Source: Anaerolineae bacterium
GTDB lineage: Bacteria > Chloroflexota > Anaerolineae > JAAYZQ01
DNA: 41,935 nucleotides
Assembly (NCBI GenBank): GCA_041559855.1
Contig: JBFFCR010000002.1
Span: forward strand, 1-41,935
Direction: 5' to 3'
Below, one piece after another: positions 1-9,300 of this stretch; within the stretch, counting starts at the first letter, position 1, and every line of letters begins with the position of its first letter. The position numbers were made by a program, and so were the translations under genes. Below the pieces are notes generated by a model that saw only the letters and a list, made by a program, of their open reading frames with translations, was not told the DNA's origin and did not search any database.

Positions 1-2273
1 ACAAGCCGTGCGCTCTGGAGGACCAAAGCGGCCTGGTTGGCAATGCCCGAGAGCATGTTGACCTGCTGCTCGCTAAAGTGGTGAGCCCTGCCCGCATAGT
101 CCACAAGCATGGCGCCCAGTAGCTCCCCCTGTGCAAGCAGAGGAAGCAACACCATCTCCTGTATCCCGTACATCTCTGCCAGTGATGGCGGAACTAACCC
201 CTCGTCGCGGGTCGCGTTCACGAGCAGCGGGCGCTTGTCCCACCTAAGCAGGTCCAGGGCTGGAAGCACGCCAGGCGTGAATGCGCTCTGCTCAAAGGTA
301 GCGCGCAACTCTGAGGCCAGGCCATAGGTCTGGGAGGGTGTGAACGTCTCCGTGTCAGCGTCCCACAGCAGGATGCTGCAGCGGTCCACCCCGGCCAGGA
401 TCGGCGTCAGGCGGCAGATCGACGTTAGCACCGCGTCCATGTCCGATACCTGGCTCATAGCATCCGCTACCTGCAACAACGCGGTCGAGAGCCAAGCCTG
501 CTGCCGCTCTGCCTCGTAGAGCCTGGCTTCCTGAATGGCAATAGCGATCTGAGATCCAAGGGTCTGGAGAATGAACAGATCGTCTTGGCCAAACGCATCA
601 AGTTGGTCGCTCTGCACATCGAGGACGCCTACCAGATCATCTTCGAGGAGCACTGGCGCCGCGAGCTCAGATCGAGTCCCTTCCAAGGCTTCGACACACC
701 GGTAACGAGGCTCATTGTCCACGTCGTTGACCGTGACAGGTTCCCCATGGGCCGCCACCCATCCCACAAGGCCCTGCTCCCATTCCACCTCTGGGGCAAC
801 GTGCTGCTCTCCGGCGCTCGAGCTGGCCCTGAAAACCACGCTCCTGCGGTCCCGCTCAACAGAGTAGATGGCTACGTGATAGTAGCCGAAACTCGCACGG
901 ACGAGCTGTACCACGCGCTGAAAGAGCTCCGGCAACTCCAGCGTAGCCGTGATCTGGCGAGTGACCTGGCCGATGGTCTCCAGCTGCCGCGCCCTCTTCT
1001 GCTCTTGGGAGTACAGGCGTGCCTTCTGAATCGCCAGAGCTGCCTGGTTTGCCATGGCTGATAGAACCCTCTGGTCACTCGCCCCATACGCGTTGCGCCG
1101 GAACGATTGCACCGACATAGTGCCAATCACGGTCGCGCCGGCTATGAGAGGAACAAACAACGCAGAACGCGGAGGATTCTCTGATATATACGCGGGACGT
1201 GCTGGAAGCGAAGCCTCTTCCTTTTCAAAGTCCTTGACCAGAATCGGCTGTCCTGACTCCCGCAGCCAATTCACCAGACCGACCCCCGGCGCCATACGAA
1301 ACGTCCGCGAGGGTGCGCGTTCTCCGTTGCGAATCCAGAGCTTGATGGTATACTCTGCCCCTTCAAAGAGGCCCAGGTGAAAGACAGTCGCGTCAGCGAT
1401 CTGGCGCGTCGACTCGTACATGAGCTCGCATATCTCATCCACGTCCAGTTGAGCCTGCGCGATGGTCCGCCCAGCCTCATCAATTGCACTCAACTCAGTC
1501 ACCCGCTGGACGAGTTCGTTCCGAGCCTTGGCCCAATATTGCGCCAGCAGGGCCACAGCAATGATACCCAAAGCGAGAAGCCCAAAGGCAATCCAATCCA
1601 GATTGACGTACGCCAGGGCCACTACCACGCTGAACGGGAGCGGCAGGAGCTCCACCGCTACGGTCCTGGGCCATGACTCATGAACGAGTGCCAGGGTGCG
1701 CTCCAGCCCGCTGTCCAAGAGGTCCCAGACGCCCCAACAGAGGTGATCGATCAAAAACCAGGTCAGGCATAGTGCTCCCGCAGCCGGAAGCGTCTGCGTG
1801 CCCAGGGCCAGTAGAGGGACTTGACCACCTGTCGAGCGGTACACAGCTCCCCCAATCAAGGCCATAAGCGCCTTCAGCCCAGCGTTGAACAGGGGCAGAT
1901 CGAGCAAGTCCTGACGCCCCAACCTGCCGTGCCGCAGCGCGTTCAGTTCCAGGTACACTGTGCCACTCAGGACAGCGACCACAGCCCCGGCCGATGCGCC
2001 AAGGGCCAACACGGCAGATACATCAATGACCCCGGCAAGGCTGTGAACGACAGGGGAACCCAAGTGGAAGCTTGCGCGTTGAATCAGGAACGACAGAACT
2101 GCAAAGCCAAGGATGGGCAGCCATGGAGGAGGCACTGCCTCAGCCAGCAATTGATTCGCAACGAGCCCCACTCCGCCCAATCCAACGAGTACACTGTAGA
2201 GCACTGTGCGCGAGGGCCCTCTATGAGCCAATGCTAGCTTCGAGGCCTCTGATTCTTGTTGTTTATCCTGCAA
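1..2273 (-). CDS. Membrane-anchored multi-GAF signalling protein. The C-terminus is cut by the window edge. It is a candidate input or phosphatase partner of the adjacent STAS/RsbW pair, but the output domain is not visible.
   Basis: It is absent from the ORF track because it runs off the window. My own reverse-strand translation is open from about 2294 down to base 1. The N-terminal ~170 aa are hydrophobic (e.g. VLYSVLVGLGGVGLVANQLL, LPILGFAVLSFLI). Three GAF-like units follow, each closing with the typical helix: MANQAALAIQKARLY (~nt 1020-1065), LGSQIAIAIQEARLY (~nt 520-565) and IANQAALVLQSARL (nt 1-45). The preferred start is TTG at 2273, preceded by AAGAGG (2281-2286, 7-nt spacer). An alternative TTG lies at 2231. 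Confidence 0.75.
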   Translation of the reverse strand, partial: MQDKQQESEASKLALAHRGPSRTVLYSVLVGLGGVGLVANQLLAEAVPPPWLPILGFAVLSFLIQRASFHLGSPVVHSLAGVIDVSAVLALGASAGAVVAVLSGTVYLELNALRHGRLGRQDLLDLPLFNAGLKALMALIGGAVYRSTGGQVPLLALGTQTLPAAGALCLTWFLIDHLCWGVWDLLDSGLERTLALVHESWPRTVAVELLPLPFSVVVALAYVNLDWIAFGLLALGIIAVALLAQYWAKARNELVQRVTELSAIDEAGRTIAQAQLDVDEICELMYESTRQIADATVFHLGLFEGAEYTIKLWIRNGERAPSRTFRMAPGVGLVNWLRESGQPILVKDFEKEEASLPARPAYISENPPRSALFVPLIAGATVIGTMSVQSFRRNAYGASDQRVLSAMANQAALAIQKARLYSQEQKRARQLETIGQVTRQITATLELPELFQRVVQLVRASFGYYHVAIYSVERDRRSVVFRASSSAGEQHVAPEVEWEQGLVGWVAAHGEPVTVNDVDNEPRYRCVEALEGTRSELAAPVLLEDDLVGVLDVQSDQLDAFGQDDLFILQTLGSQIAIAIQEARLYEAERQQAWLSTALLQVADAMSQVSDMDAVLTSICRLTPILAGVDRCSILLWDADTETFTPSQTYGLASELRATFEQSAFTPGVLPALDLLRWDKRPLLVNATRDEGLVPPSLAEMYGIQEMVLLPLLAQGELLGAMLVDYAGRAHHFSEQQVNMLSGIANQAALVLQSARL

Positions 2274-2772
2274 TATCCAGCCTCTTGGACATGGTCAGCT
2301 CATTGCCCAATTCTGGATCGGTGTGGAACCCCACGTCATCCATAACTTGCCGAACGAGAAAGAGTCCCAGACCACCGAGGGTCCGCTCCTCCAGAGGGGC
2401 ATCCAGATCCGGCTCCTCGACACCGTCCAACTCAAAACCCCGTCCCCAATCTCTGACCCTGATCGTCAGAACCTGGTCTTCAAGGCCGCAACAGACCTCG
2501 ATATCCCCCGGCTCTGCGCCCTCATAGGCATGGTCGACGACGTTCGCGCAGGCCTCGTCCACCGCGAGCTGGATGTCGTACAGCGCTCGACCGTCGCAGC
2601 CTGCCCTTTCTGCCCACTCTGTCACGCACTCAATAGCCCGCGGCACGTTCTCAAGAACTGCCTTCATCCGCAGTGACGTGCCCCTCTCCTTCGCAACGGG
2701 TCGCTCTGAGGAAACCTGTTCTGCCATCGAATCCACCATACTGAAGCCAGCCACCATGACAAAGACCGCCAC
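2263..2772 (-). CDS. Anti-sigma regulatory factor / serine-protein kinase (RsbW/SpoIIAB-like, HATPase_c)
   Basis: Track ORF of 169 aa. It carries an N-box-like DEACANVVDHAY, a G1-like VRDWGRGFE and a G2-like GGLGLFLVRQVMD. It lies directly downstream of a STAS gene. The true start may be an internal Met (MVDSMAEQ...). Confidence 0.85.
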   Translation of the reverse strand: MAVFVMVAGFSMVDSMAEQVSSERPVAKERGTSLRMKAVLENVPRAIECVTEWAERAGCDGRALYDIQLAVDEACANVVDHAYEGAEPGDIEVCCGLEDQVLTIRVRDWGRGFELDGVEEPDLDAPLEERTLGGLGLFLVRQVMDDVGFHTDPELGNELTMSKRLDIAG

Positions 2773-2831
2773 GCGCCCCTCTCAGGGCCCGGCGGTCTCG
2801 TCACCCGCGCTGCACTCAATCCACAACGACC

Positions 2832-3170
2832 TTAGAAACTCCCAACTGCGCGTGTGTTGTCCTCGTAGAACGTGAACAATCGGTCAAAGCCCACAAGATC
2901 AAAGCTGTCTCTCAGCCCAGGTTGTGTCTCAGCCAGCACCACATCGCCAGCGGGGATCATCTTGCGAACCTTCATTAGAGCCGACAACAGCGCTTTCAAG
3001 CCCGCGCTACTAATGAAATCAGTACCCGCCAGATTGACCACGATGTTCTTCTGGCCTGACTGTATGAGGCCAAGTAGGACCTTCTCCAACTCGGGCGCAG
3101 TGGAGCTATCCACCCGACCCGAGACAGTGACCAATTCACAACGCTTCATAGTCTCGGCTTTGATCTCCAT
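2832..3170 (-). CDS. STAS-domain anti-sigma-factor antagonist (RsbV/SpoIIAA-like)
   Basis: 112 aa. Contains VSGRVDSSTAPELEKVL...NIVVNLAGTDFISSAGLKALL, where the phosphorylatable Ser context is DFISSAGL. A strong GAGGAGG RBS lies just upstream of the ATG at 3170. Confidence 0.9.
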   Translation of the reverse strand: MEIKAETMKRCELVTVSGRVDSSTAPELEKVLLGLIQSGQKNIVVNLAGTDFISSAGLKALLSALMKVRKMIPAGDVVLAETQPGLRDSFDLVGFDRLFTFYEDNTRAVGSF

Positions 3171-3215
3171 CCCGTTTCCTCCTCAGTGGTTAAGGTCTTT
3201 GCCGCGCACCTCCGC

Positions 3216-3224
3216 ATTGTACCA
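3216..3224 (-). promoter_or_regulatory. Candidate extended -10 promoter element (TGgTACAAT) for the STAS/RsbW/GAF genes
   Basis: The reverse strand reads TGGTACAAT, about 45 nt upstream of the ATG at 3170 and immediately after the stop of the upstream membrane-protein gene (3234). Only a weak -35 (TTTGCT, 18-nt spacer) is present. Confidence 0.3.
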
Positions 3225-3233
3225 CACCTGCGT

Positions 3234-4769
3234 TCATACAGCAAACTCTCCCGTCACAGCCGCCATCGATCCCGCCTCCACTCTCCCACCTCCACTGGGT
3301 TTACCCAGGCGCACGGCAACCATGGCCAGCCCCAAGTAGAGCCAGAAGATCGAGACTGAGTGTGGGAAGCTCAGGTTGAAAAAGTAGTGATCAAAGATGC
3401 CGCCAACCAAGATCCCCGCCACTGCCGCTGCCAGCCCCAGCAGAATAGCCTCAATGCCCTCCTGTTCACGCACGGCAGGCAGCGCCAGCCATACCCTACG
3501 GAAGAACGCGCCAACAACGAGCAGGAAGGCAGTCAGCCCGATCAAGCCCATCTCCTCAGCAATGAGCAAATAGACCATGGACACGCCTATGTAGAGACTG
3601 CTCTCGGGCGTGCCCACGAAACCAACTCCGATCCACGGATGCCGGCTGATCAAGATCAAGGCGTCTTTGTACTCGCCCAAGCGCATCAGAGTCGCCAAAT
3701 CCTGTAATTGTAGGCCCTCCAAGAGATGCTGGACATAGTCTTGGGCCTGCGGCAACAGCAGCAGCAACGCCGCAGCCACGACCATCCAAATCAGCAACCT
3801 GCGGTACTTGATCAGGGCCAAGAGCCCCAATCCCGCCGCCAGACCCGCCAGCGAGCCGCGCGAGTAGGTCAGATACAGACAGAGCGCATCTGCCACGAAC
3901 ATGACTGCCACCGCCCATCTAGGAACTATGGGCTTCCTGGCAAAGAACTGGGCCGCCGTCAGAGTTGTGACAAGAATGAGTAGCCCGCCCAGGACATTTG
4001 GATCTGTGGAAGTGGAGATGGCGCGAAGCGCGAGATCCGGGTTGTCCTCAACATAGCGCAGCACCCCCGGTCCGGTCGGGTAGCCCACCCGCCCCAGGGC
4101 CGACAACAGACGGATGCTCCATGTTGCCGGCACAACATACAAGACAATGCCAATGACTGCTGCAGCGAACCCTGCAAACATTATAACCATCACTAGTGCG
4201 TGAAGCTGCCGCCTTGTGCGTACGCAGTTAACCACGACAAAGAACAGCCCAATGCTCAAAAGGACTTCGGCAAAGTGCCGCACGACATACTGATCCAAAT
4301 ATGCGTGGGCTAGCCCAGCAACAAAAGAAGCGATGGCCAAAAGCACAAAAACGGCAATCGGCACACCCAAGGCTGTCCCATGGAACCGGCCGGCCTTTCC
4401 CAACGCAATCCGGGCCAGCCAGACAAAGTAGACCGCAACCAGAGCAAGGTCCAGAAACGTTGGCGTAAAGCCAATCTTGAAGGGCAGGGCCCCAAACGGT
4501 AATAGACAGATCAGGCCAATGAGCGCGATGAGACCCCATTGGGTATCTCGCAGCACAAGGAGTGCGGCGGCAATCGCCACCACACCCACGATGGCCAGAA
4601 GGGGCGACAGAAGCGCGACATAGGCGCCGGCAACTAGCCCCGCCGCCACGGACACGGCAATAACGGTCGCAAGCACAAGGCGACGATCACTATCTACAAA
4701 GATCCGTTGCAGGCCCGACAACGCTCGTTCCACGCCCCACTCCAGCGGCCCATGCTGTGCAGTCAGCAA
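3234..4769 (-). CDS. O-antigen ligase/polymerase-like (Wzy_C family) polytopic membrane protein
   Basis: 511 aa, about 10-12 hydrophobic helices, and the Wzy_C-type motif LTYSRGSLAGLAAGLGLLAL. The start is uncertain: the TTG at 4769 has no spacer after AGGAAG, while the GTG at about 4733 is preceded by GGAG. Confidence 0.85.
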   Translation of the reverse strand: MLTAQHGPLEWGVERALSGLQRIFVDSDRRLVLATVIAVSVAAGLVAGAYVALLSPLLAIVGVVAIAAALLVLRDTQWGLIALIGLICLLPFGALPFKIGFTPTFLDLALVAVYFVWLARIALGKAGRFHGTALGVPIAVFVLLAIASFVAGLAHAYLDQYVVRHFAEVLLSIGLFFVVVNCVRTRRQLHALVMVIMFAGFAAAVIGIVLYVVPATWSIRLLSALGRVGYPTGPGVLRYVEDNPDLALRAISTSTDPNVLGGLLILVTTLTAAQFFARKPIVPRWAVAVMFVADALCLYLTYSRGSLAGLAAGLGLLALIKYRRLLIWMVVAAALLLLLPQAQDYVQHLLEGLQLQDLATLMRLGEYKDALILISRHPWIGVGFVGTPESSLYIGVSMVYLLIAEEMGLIGLTAFLLVVGAFFRRVWLALPAVREQEGIEAILLGLAAAVAGILVGGIFDHYFFNLSFPHSVSIFWLYLGLAMVAVRLGKPSGGGRVEAGSMAAVTGEFAV

Positions 4770-4826
4770 CTTCCTAGGCCACTATCTGTGAATAGCTCGA
4801 CTGTCCAGTCAATGGAAAATGGAAGG

Positions 4827-4923
4827 CGGGAGTGGATGGGAGTCGAACCCACCAAGGCTGCCTCTGCAGCACCCTTCGGACGGTTTTGAAGACCGTGGAG
4901 CCCACCGGGACTCAACCACCCCC
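4827..4923 (-). tRNA. selC: tRNA-Sec (anticodon UCA), 97 nt without CCA
   Basis: Folded by hand on the reverse strand. The acceptor stem is 8 bp (GGGGGTGG/CCACTCCC, one G-U). The D-arm has a 6-bp stem and 4-nt loop (GAGTCC-CGGT-GGGCTC). The anticodon stem is ACGGT/ACCGT with loop CTTCAAA (anticodon TCA, complement of 4887-4889). There is a long variable arm and a 5-bp T-stem with loop TTCGACT, then discriminator G. The 8/5 acceptor/T arrangement and 6-bp D-stem are the bacterial tRNA-Sec hallmarks. Confidence 0.9.
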
Positions 4924-4934
4924 ATGTTAACGAT

Positions 4935-4963
4935 AGAATACCCTGTTTTGCCTGATCCGTCAA
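4935..4963 (-). promoter_or_regulatory. Candidate sigma70-type promoter for selC (TTGACG - 17 nt - TATTCT)
   Basis: On the reverse strand, TTGACG is the complement of 4958-4963 and TATTCT is the complement of 4935-4940. The spacer is exactly 17 nt. The mature tRNA 5' end (4923) lies 12 nt downstream of the -10. Confidence 0.45.
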
Positions 4964-5034
4964 AAAGCTTCGCAGACTGCGTCGGGGCACCTACACAGTC
5001 AGATGATTCAGAGCGCTTTGGGTCCGCTCCACCA

Positions 5035-5832
5035 CTAGCGCGTGCGCCGCCGCCATTCCCGTTTGATCGTCAGATCCTGCAAACCGTTCGCGTCGTCCAC
5101 ATCTACAAAGTCCCGGAGCAAGCGGGAGAACTTGGCCGATTGGTCTAGCATGGGAAAGTGGTGGGTGTCTGCCAGCACGAGAGCCCGTGCCGTGTAATGA
5201 TTCGACTCCAGCGCGGCAGCTTGAGCGGGGTCGATGACATTGTCCTGTGCGCCATACACCGATAGCAGCGGTACATTGATATCATCAAGCGTATCAAGCA
5301 CACGTAGCCTGGCAACCGACTGCACAGTCAGTGCAATCGCATTGCGCGCAGCCTTGGGCGCCCCCATCTCGACTTCCTCGTGCGGTCGCTGCCGGTGCCA
5401 GAATACGCGAGCCAAGGCCTCATTGGGACCGGCACTGAGAAGTCGCTGGTTGATGCCATCGGCCGTCAAGGGCAGCCCCACTGTAAGCACCTTGGACACA
5501 TGATCGGGGTATCGCACGGCGAGCTCAGCCGCGACAGCAGCGCCAAGCGTGTGCCCAACCAATGGCGACCTGGAGATCCCCATCTCGTCCATGAAGGCGA
5601 GCACCATTTCAACATAGGCGTCCACAGAGTACTGCTCGCGATCTTTGGCCGAGTCGCCAAAGCCCCACAGGTCCAGAGCATACGTGCGGTACGTCACCGA
5701 CAGATCTTGCATCACGGGCACCCAGTAGCGCCATGAGCCCAACCACCCATGCAAAAAAATGATGGAGGACTTGGCACGCCCAAAGCTTTCGTAATGCAGG
5801 CGACTGCCGTTGATCAGGACAACACTCATCAC
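5035..5832 (-). CDS. Alpha/beta-fold hydrolase with a non-canonical nucleophile elbow (G-H-T-L-G)
   Basis: 265 aa. Contains the oxyanion-region motif FLHGWLGSW, ALDLWGFGDS, the elbow LVGHTLGAAV (Thr95, codon ACG, complement of 5548-5550), the acid candidate YGAQDNVID and the His candidate DTHHFPMLD. It is a paralogue of the 17111-17893 gene. Confidence 0.85.
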   Translation of the reverse strand: MMSVVLINGSRLHYESFGRAKSSIIFLHGWLGSWRYWVPVMQDLSVTYRTYALDLWGFGDSAKDREQYSVDAYVEMVLAFMDEMGISRSPLVGHTLGAAVAAELAVRYPDHVSKVLTVGLPLTADGINQRLLSAGPNEALARVFWHRQRPHEEVEMGAPKAARNAIALTVQSVARLRVLDTLDDINVPLLSVYGAQDNVIDPAQAAALESNHYTARALVLADTHHFPMLDQSAKFSRLLRDFVDVDDANGLQDLTIKREWRRRTR

Positions 5833-5882
5833 TCACCCATGTTTCGACGCAGAACAGCAATCACCTGCGACACCTGGCACTG

Positions 5883-6281
5883 CTACCTTCGGCCGTGCCG
5901 CTCCAGGATGCTGCCTACCCGCTGATTCAGCTCGTCAGGGCCGAATGGCTTAAGAATGTACTCCTCAGCACCCAACTCCAATCCATGCTTGATCTCGGTC
6001 TCTTGACCGCGCGCCGACAGAAATACCACGGGTATCTTCATGGTGGACTCCTGTGCCCGGAGCACCGCGCAGGCCTCGTACCCACTCACTGCCGGCATAC
6101 GGACATCCAGCAAGATGAGATCCGGCTGCTCCCTCTCCGCCAGCTCAATCGCCTCTTTACCATTCACGGCCTCAATCACCGTATATCCCGCAAACTGCAG
6201 GCTATAGACAACAAGAGCCCGGATATCCGGTTCGTCCTCTGCTATCAGGACCTTCTTCTTGTCAACCATGGAGCGCTCCAA
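5883..6281 (-). CDS. Stand-alone response-regulator receiver (CheY-like)
   Basis: 132 aa. Contains VLIAEDEPDIR, DLILLDVRMPAVSGYE, VVFLSARG and YILKPF. Confidence 0.9.
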   Translation of the reverse strand: MERSMVDKKKVLIAEDEPDIRALVVYSLQFAGYTVIEAVNGKEAIELAEREQPDLILLDVRMPAVSGYEACAVLRAQESTMKIPVVFLSARGQETEIKHGLELGAEEYILKPFGPDELNQRVGSILERHGRR

Positions 6282-6341
6282 CGAGATCGCCGATCACCCC
6301 ACCAGTTCCGCCCCCGCGCCTGGTCCTCCCCCGTCTCCACA

Positions 6342-9300
6342 TCACGCCGGTGTCCTTTCAGCGATGACCTTCTTGATCTCGCGAATCAGGACCTCAATAG
6401 AGAGGGGTTTGGTCAGATACTCGGCGACATCCATACCCAACACCCGAACCTTCTCCTGCTCTCGGTCCACTGGACTGTCAGTGGTCACAACCACGGGAAT
6501 CGCCCTCGTAGGCTCATTCTTTCTGAGCCGCCGCACAACCTCATACCTTTCCATCATGCGCATGCCCACGTCAAGAAGAATTAGATCTGGCCGGACCTCC
6601 TCTGCCAGAGCCAGAGCCTCCTGACCATCGGTTGCCGTCCAAACTTCGTAGCCATGGAGCAAGAGCGCCTGCTCCATGCGGGCCAGTACCTCCGGATCAT
6701 CATCCGCTACCAGCAGTCTGTGCGGTGGGTCCGTCTCGGCACGGGACAGTACCCGGTGCACGATGTCAAGCAGCTCCCGCTCGACGAACGGCTTCACGAT
6801 GTAGTCTACCGCGCCCAGAGCAAACCCCTTCTCGCTCTCAGCCAAGACTGATACAATCACTACTGGAACTCCAGAGGTCAGGGGATTCGATTTCAGTTGC
6901 TGCAGCACGACAAACCCATCGACGTCAGGGAGCATTATGTCCAGTGTGATCAGTTGAGGCTGCGCTTCCCGTGCCAGCCAAAGAGCATCTTCGCCCGTGC
7001 CCGCCAACAGAACCTGATAGCCCTCCGATTCGAGTTGCCTCCGCAACAAGAGTGCCAGGTCCCGATCATCCTCCACCACCAGGATTTTCTGCCGACGGAC
7101 AAGACCCGTCTGGAGCCCCGTACTGAGTAGCTCGGGAACCGGCTCCGGCAACTCGGTCGTAGTGAGCGGTAGCGTGAAGCTGAAGGTAGCGCCCTTGCCC
7201 GGCTCGCTTTTGACCCAGATGGCCCCGCCGAGCATTTCCACGAACATCTTGACGATTGACAGTCCCAGGCCCGTTCCGCCTGCCTCCTGAACTATGGGGT
7301 GGTCTGCCCGGAAGAATCGGTCAAAGATACGGCCAATGTCATCAGGCCCGATGCCAATGCCTGTATCGGACACATCCGTCTGCAGGAAACCACCAACAGG
7401 CTGCACAGAGACCGAGACCGTCCCGCCCTCCGGGGAGTACTGCCAGGCATTAGCAAGCAAGTTGCTCAGAACTTGGGTTACCCGAGCCTCATCGCCGCGA
7501 ATCTCGGGCAAGTCCTGCAGTTCCTCCCACACCAACCCCAGGTCCTTCTCGCGGTACTGCTCCCGGAAAGATGCAACTACCTGGCTAATGATCTGCCCCA
7601 GATCAAGCGATGCGATGGTCAACCTCATTCGGCCTGTCTCAATGCGTGAGATGTCGAGGATGTCATTGACGAGGGCCGTCAGCCGGTCGGCATTCGACTT
7701 GATGATTTTCAGGAAGCTCCGCTGCGCATCGGTCAATCCACCGGCCATACCTAGGAACAGCAGATCGGTGTATCCCTTGATCGAAGTCATCGGTGTCCGA
7801 AGCTCATGAGAGACAGTGGAAATGAACTCATTCTTCAGGCGCTCCACCTCAGCTTCGCGACTGATATCTCGCAATGCAGCAACGAGTCCAGGCATTCCCC
7901 CTGGAGAGACGATCAAGGGCGCTATTGTCACTGCCAGAACCCTCGTTCCCGCCTGCAGGCGTACGCTGCTCTCTGGCTGAACTACCGCATCCTCTCCGGC
8001 TTCCAGTTGCTGGAGTAACTCGGAGTACAGCGCCTGAGACAGGTCGCGGTGAACCTCTGTCTCGCCGAGGCCAAGCATGTGCCGAAAATGCTCCCCATGC
8101 AGTGCGATTGCAGAGATACCGAGCAACTCCTCCGCTGCCGGGTTCACCAACAACACTCGCCCGTTGTGATCCAGAACCAGGACACCATCGGCGATTGACT
8201 CGAGAATCGCGCGATTCTTTGCGGCCTCCTCTTCCTGGGACTGAAGCGCTGCCCCGAGCTGATCAGCCTGATCGATGATGAATGCGTACAAGTCCGAGTT
8301 GTTGACCGCAATCGCAATTTGCCCAGTTGCCGCGGTGACAAGCTGCAGGTGATCCGCCGTAAAGTGTCCCTCATCGGGATGGCCCAAGATAAGCACGCCC
8401 AAGACATCACCACCTCCCAATGCAAGAGGCGCGGCCACTACCGAGCGTAAGCCTGCCGTCTTCTCAGGGCCATGCTTCCAGCGAGGGTCCGCGGTTATGT
8501 CTGCAATCAGAGCCGACTCACGATGCTCAAGCACCCAACCAGCGAGCCCCACGCCAGGCCTCCATTCTGTGGGCTCTCCCTTCCGGGGGAGGCGCCGCCC
8601 CGGCTCGAGGGTTGCGCGAAGATTCAGGTTTCCAGATTCTTGATCCACCAGCAAAATTGTGCCGTAGGAAAGGTCCAGTGCACCGGCAAATAGCTGCAGG
8701 GCACGCTGCAGAACCCGTTCCAGCTCTAGCGTCGCGCCCAGCTCACTGGTAATCCGATAGAGAGTCTCGACCCGATCGCGTTCCACAGTAAGGTCTTCCA
8801 GGGCCTGCGCCAACTCTCGCGTCCGGGCTTCTACCTTCTCCTCTAGATCGCTGCTAAAGCCCACGATCTGCTGGTACAGCTGAGCATTCCGCACAGCAAC
8901 CGCGGCTTGAGCAGCCACCGTCGACAACAAGCCAAGATGCTCTTCGCGATACACATGCTCGCGCCTGTAATCCTGAACGGCGATGACGCCTAGCACACGA
9001 TCCTCGGCCATCATGGGCACGCCCAACCAGGAACGGCAGAGTCCAGCATCGATCTCCCGACCCTGCTCGCGGTATAGTCCCGCAGCACCAGTGGGGAGCA
9101 GTAACGGTCGTCCGGTGGCTATGATCGTGCCGGTCAAGCCCTCTCCTCTCTTGCATGGGCTCCAATCCTCGCGATGCTCTGGGTCCACCACAAAGGGAAA
9201 TGCCACTTCATCCCTGTCCTCATCCCACAGCGCAATGCAAAAGTTCGTCGTGTCCAGAATGCGGCTGGCCTGCTGATAGACTACACCCAGCAGGTCGTCC

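Noticed and set aside
109-2237. A series of plus-strand ORFs (109-327, 585-1061, 1054-1380, 1377-1676, 1821-2237, 2072-2527, and others)
   Set aside because: All are antisense or out of frame relative to the continuous reverse-strand frame that encodes a coherent TM + 3xGAF protein. Their sequences are Arg/Pro/Ser-rich nonsense.
4924-5034. A Rho-independent terminator after the hydrolase gene (CGCA-gtc-TGCG followed by AAGCTTTTT on the reverse strand, about 4962-4980)
   Set aside because: The stem is only 4 bp with a 3-nt loop, which is too weak to call. The T-run overlaps the proposed selC -35 region.
3234-5035. A genomic island integrated at selC
   Set aside because: No integrase, recombinase or transposase lies on either side. 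I found no duplicated copy of the tRNA 3' end that would mark an attachment site in this window. The flanking genes have the same strand and the same composition style.
5895-6624. Plus-strand ORFs of 229 aa and 121 aa
   Set aside because: They are antisense to the CheY-like receiver and to the C-terminal receiver of the giant kinase, both of which have unambiguous motifs.
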